Shown: positions 46,975 through 54,372 of the stretch, piece after piece
Position numbering within the stretch: position 1 is the first letter of the stretch
How the letters are laid out: each line of letters opens with the position of its first letter
IMG/VR virus record: IMGVR_UViG_3300037153_000606
Reading direction: 5' to 3' (one strand)
DNA from: a virus
Length of the DNA: 64,000 bases
The notes under the pieces: generated by a model
What the model saw: only the letters and a program-made list of their open reading frames with translations
Databases searched by the model: none
Told to the model about the DNA's origin: nothing
Program-made: the position numbers and the translations under genes

Positions 46975-47676
46975 ATGACCCTGATCCCGCAGCCCTCGCT
47001 GGAGGATCTCGCCGCCACCGGCAAGATCACTCTCGGCGAGCTGATGGACGCCCTGGCCGCCCAGAACGCCGAGGGCAAGCCGACCGACACACTTCCGCCG
47101 CCGACCCCGGCGCGGATCTCCATCTCCGACGACCAGCGGATCCTGATGCGCCGTCTGGCCGTGCAGTTGGCTGAGCTGGCATTGCCGGACTCGCCGCGCG
47201 AGCTGACCGAGACCGAGCGGCAGGAGTTCATCCCGATCTGGGCCGACGTCAAGTCGGCCAAGGATGCAGTGGTCAACGCCGAGACCGCGCTGCGCGAGTC
47301 GTTCGCGAACCACATGGACGCCGAGGCCCGGCGCACCGCGCCCGAGGATGCGGCGCTCCCCATCGACGGGCACGGCCACGTGTTGCGCGAGGGCGAGGTG
47401 ACCGCCGACGGCGTCTCCCAGCGAGTCACCCGCGAACTGCGCGGCGGCAAGGCCAACCCGCTGTCGCTCCTGGACCTGCAACACCTGGAATCCAATGGCG
47501 AGATCGACCACCGCACCTTTCTGGCGATGACCGAGGCGGTGCCCGCCACCCGCCGGGTGGACGAGGCCAAGATCATGGACCTGTTGGCCAAGCGGCCCGA
47601 GCTGGTGCAGACCCTGGCCAGCGTGGCGACCCTGAGCGACAAGAGCGCCTCCTACTACCTCCGCAAGGTCAAGTAG
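46975..47676 (+). CDS. hypothetical protein
   Basis: AAGGAG RBS; strong codon bias. Confidence 0.8.
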   Translation: MTLIPQPSLEDLAATGKITLGELMDALAAQNAEGKPTDTLPPPTPARISISDDQRILMRRLAVQLAELALPDSPRELTETERQEFIPIWADVKSAKDAVVNAETALRESFANHMDAEARRTAPEDAALPIDGHGHVLREGEVTADGVSQRVTRELRGGKANPLSLLDLQHLESNGEIDHRTFLAMTEAVPATRRVDEAKIMDLLAKRPELVQTLASVATLSDKSASYYLRKVK

Positions 47677-47680
47677 GCCG

Positions 47681-48412
47681 ATGCGGCAGACGGCGCAGGT
47701 CGACGTCAGTGTCGTCGGCCTGCGCCACGAGGGTGCGCTCACCGACGAGTCGTGCTACGACGAGCGCACCGGGATGCCGTCCTACACCACCCGCGAGGTC
47801 AGCGAGTTCTTCTTCGGCCACGCCCGGACTTGGCTCTACGACCACCTGCGGCGCGGGCACATCGAGCTGGACGCGGAGCTGGTGGTGATCCCGTTCCGGC
47901 CCTCCGGCAAGGAGTACCGGTGGCGGCTGTGCGACGTGGAGCGCACCGCGATCGGGCTGGCTCAGGGCGGCTACATCGACGCGGTGATGCTCTACCGGGC
48001 ATTGTCGATCGTGCGCCTGGTGGCGGAGAGCTTCGGCTACCTGTCCACCGAGGTGGAACTGGTGGTCGGCGAGCACGACCCGTACCGGACGGAGGTGGCG
48101 GCGGTGCAGACCCAGGAGGTCGTCACCGACGACCTGGACGGCTCCCAGGGAGCCGTGGAGCGGCGTTTCGCGCTCGGCGACATCGAGTACCGCATCGACC
48201 TGACCGAGGCCAACTGGAAGGCGCTGTGCGAGCTGGTGCGCCCGTTCACCGACGCGGCCCGCTCCACTTATCGCAAGGCCACCCACCCGCGTCAGTACGG
48301 GCTCAAGGCGGTGCGTGAGTGGGCCCAGGCGCAGGGTCTCGATGTGGGCCGCACCGGCCCGGTGCCGCACGCGATCACCGACGCCTACCTGCGCGAACAT
48401 GGGCAACGATGA
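47681..48412 (+). CDS. N-terminal HTH fused to a C-terminal Lsr2-like protein
   Basis: YTTREVSEFFFG..WLY (HTH); DDLDG..F.L..Y.IDL..N..L and VREWA..G..V...VP..I.DAY (Lsr2 domains). Confidence 0.85.
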   Translation: MRQTAQVDVSVVGLRHEGALTDESCYDERTGMPSYTTREVSEFFFGHARTWLYDHLRRGHIELDAELVVIPFRPSGKEYRWRLCDVERTAIGLAQGGYIDAVMLYRALSIVRLVAESFGYLSTEVELVVGEHDPYRTEVAAVQTQEVVTDDLDGSQGAVERRFALGDIEYRIDLTEANWKALCELVRPFTDAARSTYRKATHPRQYGLKAVREWAQAQGLDVGRTGPVPHAITDAYLREHGQR

Positions 48413-48603
48413 TGACCCGCCGCCTCCAGTTCTGGTTCGGTGAGCGCATGCAGTGGCAGCTCACCTGGGAAGCCGACTGCGTCGAATTGGTGACCGGCAA
48501 TCTCACTTCGCAGATCTCTCGCCATGTAGCCGGTAATCTCTTGCGCGCTGCCTATCGGATCGACCGGCCCGATGCGTATTTCCGAGAGTCGGTGACGTCG
48601 TGA
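48409..48603 (+). CDS. small hypothetical protein
   Basis: ATGA/GTGA overlaps on both sides. Confidence 0.65.
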   Translation: MMTRRLQFWFGERMQWQLTWEADCVELVTGNLTSQISRHVAGNLLRAAYRIDRPDAYFRESVTS

Positions 48604-49472
48604 CCGACGGCCCGATCGTGTTGCTGGATGCCACCAACCTCGCGATGCGGTCGTTCCACGCCGCCAGCAACACCGGGATGGCTGTCGGCGGCGAGGCCAC
48701 CGGCCCGTTGGTGATCTTCGTCAACTCGCTGTCCAAGCTTCTCGCTGACGAGAAGCCCGGCCGGTTCGTGGCCTGCTGGGACTCCGGTGGATCCCAGTAC
48801 CGGGAGACGGTCTATCCGAGCTACAAGCTGGCCCGGCGGCAGGCCGCCGCAACTGGGTTTCAGCCGCATCTGGAGAGCTTCCGGCTGATCAAGGAGTTCC
48901 TGTCCCTGTCCTGGATCCCGCAGTGGCGCAAGGAGGGTGTGGAGGCCGACGACCTAATCGCCGCCGCGCACCGGCGCAGCGACGGGCGCAAGCTGATCCT
49001 GTCCTCGGACAAGGACCTCTTCCAGCTGCTCGACGAGGACACTGAGCAGATCCGGTTCACCGGCGCAGTCAAGTCCGACCGGTGGGATCCGGCCCGGGTC
49101 CGGCACGAGTACGGCTGCACCCCGGACCAGCTGGCCATGGTGATGGCGTTGTCCGGCGACGTCTCCGACGGTGTCCCGGGCCTGCCCGGGATCGGGCCGA
49201 AGCGGGCGGTGAAGATGTTGCAGGCCGCCGAATGGAACTGGAACACGATGTTGAACACGCTCTCGGCCAAGCAGGAGAACATCGCCGAGATGTGCCGCCA
49301 GCTGGTGGACCTGACCTGGTTCGACGTGCCGGTGCCGGTGGTGCCGGTGTGGAATCCGCTGCCCCGCTTCACCGGGCAACTGGCCGCCTCGGGGAAGCTG
49401 CTGGAGTTCTGTGACACCTACCGGCTGAACAACATCAGGCACCGGTTGGAGAGCAGGACACTGTGGTGGTGA
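48600..49472 (+). CDS. 5'-3' exonuclease / flap endonuclease (PolA N-terminal-like)
   Basis: LLDATNL..R.FH, YR...YPSYK..R, EADDLI, SSDKDL.QL, L.GD.SD.VPG.PGIGPK.A. Confidence 0.95.
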   Translation: MTDGPIVLLDATNLAMRSFHAASNTGMAVGGEATGPLVIFVNSLSKLLADEKPGRFVACWDSGGSQYRETVYPSYKLARRQAAATGFQPHLESFRLIKEFLSLSWIPQWRKEGVEADDLIAAAHRRSDGRKLILSSDKDLFQLLDEDTEQIRFTGAVKSDRWDPARVRHEYGCTPDQLAMVMALSGDVSDGVPGLPGIGPKRAVKMLQAAEWNWNTMLNTLSAKQENIAEMCRQLVDLTWFDVPVPVVPVWNPLPRFTGQLAASGKLLEFCDTYRLNNIRHRLESRTLWW

Positions 49473-49547
49473 CCCCGGAGTTGTCCGGACGGTGTCCCAA
49501 CGGTTACCGTCAGGGCGCAGCGCGTGCGCCTGCGCTGAGTCTTCCGG

Positions 49548-49592
49548 CCCTCGTTGCCCGCTTCTGGCCTGCGGGCGGCGGGGGCATTCTTT
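49548..49592 (+). terminator. GC-rich hairpin followed by a T-rich tract
   Basis: CCCTCGTTGCCCGC / GCGGGCGGCGGGGG then CATTCTTT. Confidence 0.5.
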
Positions 49593-49677
49593 GCGGAAAG
49601 GGATGATCGGGATGTCCGTACCCGCCACCGAGCGCCGCACGCGCACTCCGTCCCGTGACCCCCGACAAGAGGACTCC

Positions 49678-50019
49678 ATGTCGGACAAGCAGATCGCGGC
49701 CAGCGTGCGGTTCGGCCGCAAGGTCACCTTCTGGCCGCTCGACCTGGACCCGATCACCGGTTACGTCGCGGGAATGGACCGCTACACCTATTTCGTGCTG
49801 GTGCCCAACCCGGACCATGAGCCCCACTCGAACGTCCAGGTGCTGCGGAAATACCTGGTGCACAAGAGCGGCACGTTGATCGAGTTGCACGACGAATCGA
49901 GCATCGACTTGGAGGACGAACCGTTCAGGGAGGAGCTTCGCAAGATCGTCGTGCCGTTCCGCACCAAGGTGATGGACGACTTCTTCCCCGATGTGCCGCG
50001 ACACGGATCTCGGGGGTAA
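49678..50019 (+). CDS. hypothetical protein (start could be 49603)
   Basis: AGAGGA RBS before ATG 49678. Confidence 0.7.
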   Translation: MSDKQIAASVRFGRKVTFWPLDLDPITGYVAGMDRYTYFVLVPNPDHEPHSNVQVLRKYLVHKSGTLIELHDESSIDLEDEPFREELRKIVVPFRTKVMDDFFPDVPRHGSRG

Positions 50020-50079
50020 CGGACGGTCCGAAGCGGCGGTACGCTACCCCGCGCACCCCTTTACCAGCAGGGAGCTTCG

Positions 50080-50508
50080 ATGACCGATCTCGTGTTTGTC
50101 GTGCCGTTCGAGCCGTCCGAGGCCACCACTGAAGCGGTGGTCCGGGTCGAGGACAGAGTGCCTCTGGTTGGCGAGACGGTCACCGTGCATCAACTCACCC
50201 CGCCCCCGGTCACGCACGTGATGACCGAACAATCCCGATGGTCGTGGCAGGAGCTGCGTGACTACGTGGTCGGCCGGATCATCGCGACCCACGGGCCCTA
50301 TCCGCGCAACGACAAGAAGGAGATGGGGATCTTCAAGTCGTTCGCCGACCGGTGGGGACCCGACGCGCCGGACATCGCCAAGTTCGCCTTCGAGCAGATG
50401 GGCGGCTACTGGAAGAACGCGCCGATCTCGGTGAACCGGTTCTGTAAGGCCTCCGACCCGTACTTCGCCACTCCGATCATCGACCACCTGAACCGCAACG
50501 TGCGCTGA
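50080..50508 (+). CDS. hypothetical replication-module protein
   Basis: GGGAG RBS; precedes the DnaC-like gene. Confidence 0.75.
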   Translation: MTDLVFVVPFEPSEATTEAVVRVEDRVPLVGETVTVHQLTPPPVTHVMTEQSRWSWQELRDYVVGRIIATHGPYPRNDKKEMGIFKSFADRWGPDAPDIAKFAFEQMGGYWKNAPISVNRFCKASDPYFATPIIDHLNRNVR

Positions 50509-50553
50509 CCCGAGTCCATCCCGATTACGTACCGCTCCACTACGGAGATCGCG

Positions 50554-51411
50554 ATGACGAGCCTGCTGTCGCTGCCGCCCACGCTGCGCGCGCTCACCGA
50601 TGACGAGATCGAGCGGGTCAACCGCGATCATCCCCGACCGGAGGGGAAGACCATCGACGACTGGTGCCCCACCTGCTGGGGATCGAAGAAGTTCGACTAC
50701 TACGCCGCCGCCGACCTGGACAAGCCGCATCGCGAGCGGGCGATCGAGAGCTACGAGTGCTCCTGCCCCGGCCAGTTCAAACTGTGGCGGCTGTTCCACT
50801 ACACCGGCCTCGGCGAGCACTACGGCCGGTTGGGCTGGGCCGATGTGCTGGGCGTGGATCCGGCGCTGTTCAGGTTCGTCCACGACTACCTGACCAACGC
50901 CGAGATGCACCTGCGCCAAGGCACCGGGCTGTACCTGCATGGTCCGAACGGCAACGGCAAGACGTTGCTCGCCTCGCTGGTGTTCCGCCGGTTCCTGGCG
51001 CTGGGCAACTCCGGCTGCTGGACCACCTACAACGAGATGCTGGAGCTGTACACCGCGACCTGGCGTAACCCGACCGAACGGGAGTGGTTCGACGCCACGG
51101 TCAAGCGGGCCCAGGTGCTGGTGATCGACGACCTGGGCAAGGAATCGGCCAACTTCAATTTCCAGAACGTGTCGATGTCCGCGCTCGACCTGGTGTTCCG
51201 GTCCCGGGTGCAGTCCGGCCAGGTCACCATCATCACCACCAACCTGGAGGACGCCGACATGGTCAAGCGCTACTCGCGCTCGATGGCCTCGCTGGTGTCC
51301 GAGGCGTGCCTGGCCCGTCAGGTGATCGGCCCGGACTGGCGGCCCGAGTTGGCTGCGATCAAGGAGTACGAGGTGGGTAAGCGCCTCGTCCGGCCCTTCA
51401 CGCTGCGGTGA
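50554..51411 (+). CDS. DnaC/IstB-like helicase loader
   Basis: CPTC..CSC; GLYLHGPNGNGKTLL; LVIDDLGKE; TIITTNL; GPDWR. Confidence 0.92.
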   Translation: MTSLLSLPPTLRALTDDEIERVNRDHPRPEGKTIDDWCPTCWGSKKFDYYAAADLDKPHRERAIESYECSCPGQFKLWRLFHYTGLGEHYGRLGWADVLGVDPALFRFVHDYLTNAEMHLRQGTGLYLHGPNGNGKTLLASLVFRRFLALGNSGCWTTYNEMLELYTATWRNPTEREWFDATVKRAQVLVIDDLGKESANFNFQNVSMSALDLVFRSRVQSGQVTIITTNLEDADMVKRYSRSMASLVSEACLARQVIGPDWRPELAAIKEYEVGKRLVRPFTLR

Positions 51412-51418
51412 GCCGATC

Positions 51419-52720
51419 GTGAAACATGCCGAGCAGACGCTACTGCAGCACCTGTCCAACGCCGACTCGCTGGACTACTTGGCCCGCGAGGGGATGCTCA
51501 CTGCCGCCGGGCGCGAGGTCATCCCGACCGAGTTCGTGGAGCGGCTGACCGGCTGGGCGCTGGAAGCCTTTTTCGCCTCGGGTCGCACCGTGGCACCGTC
51601 CGTCGATGCGATCCGGGCCACCTGGGCCGACCTGCTGGAACAGCACGAGGCTTCCATCGACGACACGACTGAGCCGGACTCGGTGCAGTGGGCGGTGGCC
51701 GACCTGCGGTCCAACTACGCCCGGGTCCAGGGCGAGCAGTTCGTCAGCGAGTTCGCCCAGGCGATCGTCGCCGCCGACGGCCCGGACCGCGTCGAGGTGT
51801 GGGGCAAGTTCACCGACCGGATGTTCACGATCCACCAGTCGCTGGTCAGCCGCCGCAACGAGATGACCGGCGCGGACGGGGTGGCCGACGCGATCCACCG
51901 GCTGGGTGAGCGGATCGCCACCGGCCATATCACCCGGGGCATCACGATCGGCATCCCGGAAGTGGACGCGCACTCCTTCGGCACCCATCCGGGCGAGATC
52001 ACCACCATCGGCGGTGCACCCGGCGCGGGCAAGTCCTGGCTGGCCGGGTTCATCGCGCTGGCCAACTGGCAGGCGGGTAGGCGGGTGCTGCTGGTCACCC
52101 TGGAGAACGACGTGCCGATGAGCTACGACCGGCTCTGCTGCATGGCGCGCGGGATCGACTACAACCGTTGGCAGCGCGGTGAAGTGACCAGTGAGCAGAA
52201 GGAGTCGGTGCTGCACCTGTACGAGCAGATGGCCGACTCGGAGGTGCAGCCGGTCTTCGCCCAGCTCGACCTGTCCCAGCGCACCTCGTCCGGGATCATC
52301 CGCAAGGCGCAGCTGGACGGTGCCGACGGGGTGATCATCGACCAGCTCAACTTCCTGCACGCCGAGGACACCCGGCGGCAAGCGAAGCGTTACGAGCAGG
52401 TCGGCGAGATCATGCACCGGCTCAAGCAGCTGGCCAACGAGGGCGCGGTGCGGCTACCAGTGGTGCTACTCAGCCAGTTCAACCGGGACGGCGTCAAGGC
52501 GGCCCGCAAGAACGGCAAGTACCACATGGACGACTTCGCCGACGCCTCCTCGGTGGAGCAGACCTCCGACACCGCCTGGGCGATCTACCAGACCGCCGAC
52601 GACGTGTTCAACCACGAAGCCAAGCTGCAGCAGCTGAAATCGCGGCGCACCGTGCTGCGCGACTTCGACCTGCTGTGGCGGCCGGAGATCGGCCTGATCC
52701 GGGTCCGGACCCAAGCATGA
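51419..52720 (+). CDS. dnaB: DnaB-like replicative helicase
   Basis: GGAPGAGKS, TLE, VIIDQL, LK.LA, LSQFNR, EQTSD, KSR. Confidence 0.92.
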   Translation: MKHAEQTLLQHLSNADSLDYLAREGMLTAAGREVIPTEFVERLTGWALEAFFASGRTVAPSVDAIRATWADLLEQHEASIDDTTEPDSVQWAVADLRSNYARVQGEQFVSEFAQAIVAADGPDRVEVWGKFTDRMFTIHQSLVSRRNEMTGADGVADAIHRLGERIATGHITRGITIGIPEVDAHSFGTHPGEITTIGGAPGAGKSWLAGFIALANWQAGRRVLLVTLENDVPMSYDRLCCMARGIDYNRWQRGEVTSEQKESVLHLYEQMADSEVQPVFAQLDLSQRTSSGIIRKAQLDGADGVIIDQLNFLHAEDTRRQAKRYEQVGEIMHRLKQLANEGAVRLPVVLLSQFNRDGVKAARKNGKYHMDDFADASSVEQTSDTAWAIYQTADDVFNHEAKLQQLKSRRTVLRDFDLLWRPEIGLIRVRTQA

Positions 52721-53019
52721 GCCAGGTCCTACTGATCATTCTGGTGCTCTGGCGCGCGCACTTGTTCCGGCACCCGCCGCCGTTCCGGCCGTCGGCCTTC
52801 GTACGGGTTCGAGATATCCACCAGACTGTGCACTTCGCGTTCAACACCGACCTCGCTGGGTCGGTGCTGTGCGGCTATCACGAGCGGCACCCGTTCGAGA
52901 AGATCAGCTCGCTGGCCTATCCAGGGGAGCAGCTGACTGGGGAGTTCTGCCTCCAGTGCCTGGAGGTGCTTCGGTCCGCCGTGGTGCCCAGTAGGGGTAA
53001 GGCCCGGCGAATCGGATGA
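52717..53019 (+). CDS. small hypothetical protein (H..LCG..CxxC)
   Basis: ATGA overlaps on both sides. Confidence 0.65.
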   Translation: MSQVLLIILVLWRAHLFRHPPPFRPSAFVRVRDIHQTVHFAFNTDLAGSVLCGYHERHPFEKISSLAYPGEQLTGEFCLQCLEVLRSAVVPSRGKARRIG

Positions 53020-54140
53020 GCGACCTCGATCTCGCGACGTACCAGGCGCTGCCGGATGCTCGCAAGCGCCAGCTGTGCATCGAGCTGCTGGCCGAGTTCG
53101 GCGTGGACGAGTTCGTCGAGACCACCAAGGGGGAGCTGCGGCACAAGTGCACGCTGCCGCTCGGCGGGCACACCGACCGAGACTCGGTCACCGCCTCGAT
53201 CAACTACAAGAAGCTGCAGTTCAACTGCTTCGTCTGCCACAACTCCGGCTCGGTGCTGTGGTGGGCGGCGATCAACCGGCACGACTCGGTCACCAGTACC
53301 CGCGACTGGATCAAGGACAAGTCCGGGTTGGCCTCCGGCATCCCGCTGGCCGAGCTGCTGGACATCGTCGACTCGCTGTTCCATCCCAAGACCGAGGAAC
53401 GGATCTGGCCGGTGTACGACCCTCGGGTGCTGACCCCGTGGACCTCCTGGTCGAAGTTCCATCCCTATCTCACACTGCCCTGGGTCGAGCACGGCCGGGA
53501 GATCCCCGAACCGACGCTGGCCAAGTTCCACGTGGGATACGCCGACCACGACGACGACTGGCACTACTACCAGCGGATCATTCTCCCGGTGTTCTGGGAC
53601 AGTCAGCTGGTCGCCTGGCAGGCCCGGCGGCTGTGGCCCGACGATCCGGACAAGGCCAAGTACAAGTTCTCTCCCGACCCGCCCCGGGACCGGATCCTGT
53701 ACTGCGACCCGCAGGCGCTCAACAGCGATCACATCGTGCTGGTCGAGTCGATCATGTCGGTGCTGCGGCACGACCATCACCTGCCGATGGCGGCGTTCAT
53801 GGGTGCCGATGTCACTGATATGCAGCTGAAACTGCTGCACCGCTTCGAGCGCGTCTATCTGGCCCTGGACAACGACAAAGCAGCCTGGCAGGCGCTCGCC
53901 GGGCGGCGTAACAAGCGGGGCCGGAACACCTCCGTAGGCATCATCGAACGGTTGCGGCCCTACACCGAAGTGTTCGTCGTACGGCACTGTTACGGTGCGA
54001 TCGAGGGCCGCGAAGGGGCACCGGATCCGTCGGACTTCACCGAACACGAGTTCGCCGTGCAGATCGACAATGCCGTCCCGGCCGCGTTGTGGAAACCGCC
54101 GGACCCGGCGGACCTGCAGACCTACCGGAGGGAGCAGTGA
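53016..54140 (+). CDS. DNA primase (CHC2 zinc finger + TOPRIM)
   Basis: C...H.D...S...FNCFVC..SG; RIILPV; KY; LVES.MS; LALDND; DP.D. Confidence 0.9.
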   Translation: MSDLDLATYQALPDARKRQLCIELLAEFGVDEFVETTKGELRHKCTLPLGGHTDRDSVTASINYKKLQFNCFVCHNSGSVLWWAAINRHDSVTSTRDWIKDKSGLASGIPLAELLDIVDSLFHPKTEERIWPVYDPRVLTPWTSWSKFHPYLTLPWVEHGREIPEPTLAKFHVGYADHDDDWHYYQRIILPVFWDSQLVAWQARRLWPDDPDKAKYKFSPDPPRDRILYCDPQALNSDHIVLVESIMSVLRHDHHLPMAAFMGADVTDMQLKLLHRFERVYLALDNDKAAWQALAGRRNKRGRNTSVGIIERLRPYTEVFVVRHCYGAIEGREGAPDPSDFTEHEFAVQIDNAVPAALWKPPDPADLQTYRREQ

Positions 54141-54265
54141 TGGCGATCAGGAAGTACGGCACCGGCGAGATCATCTCCACCGGCCAGCTCGATGATGACG
54201 ATGACAGCGGAGTCGAGCACGACACGGCCGAGGACGACGAAGAGGAGAAGACCGAGCAGGAGTGA
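54140..54265 (+). CDS. 41-aa very acidic peptide (absent from the ORF track)
   Basis: GGAGGGAG RBS, TGATG overlap; MAIRKYGTGEIISTGQLDDDDDSGVEHDTAEDDEEEKTEQE. Confidence 0.7.
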   Translation: MAIRKYGTGEIISTGQLDDDDDSGVEHDTAEDDEEEKTEQE

Positions 54266-54372
54266 AGATCTACCTCGATCTTCGTGACGTCTGGGTCGGG
54301 TATTACCGAGGCGACGAGCACCATTACGTCTGCCCGCTGCCCTGCGTGGTGATCCGCTGGAAGCGCCGATGA
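54262..54372 (+). CDS. 36-aa peptide MKIYLDLRDVWVGYYRGDEHHYVCPLPCVVIRWKRR
   Basis: GTGA and ATGA overlaps fill the gap exactly. Confidence 0.65.
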   Translation: MKIYLDLRDVWVGYYRGDEHHYVCPLPCVVIRWKRR

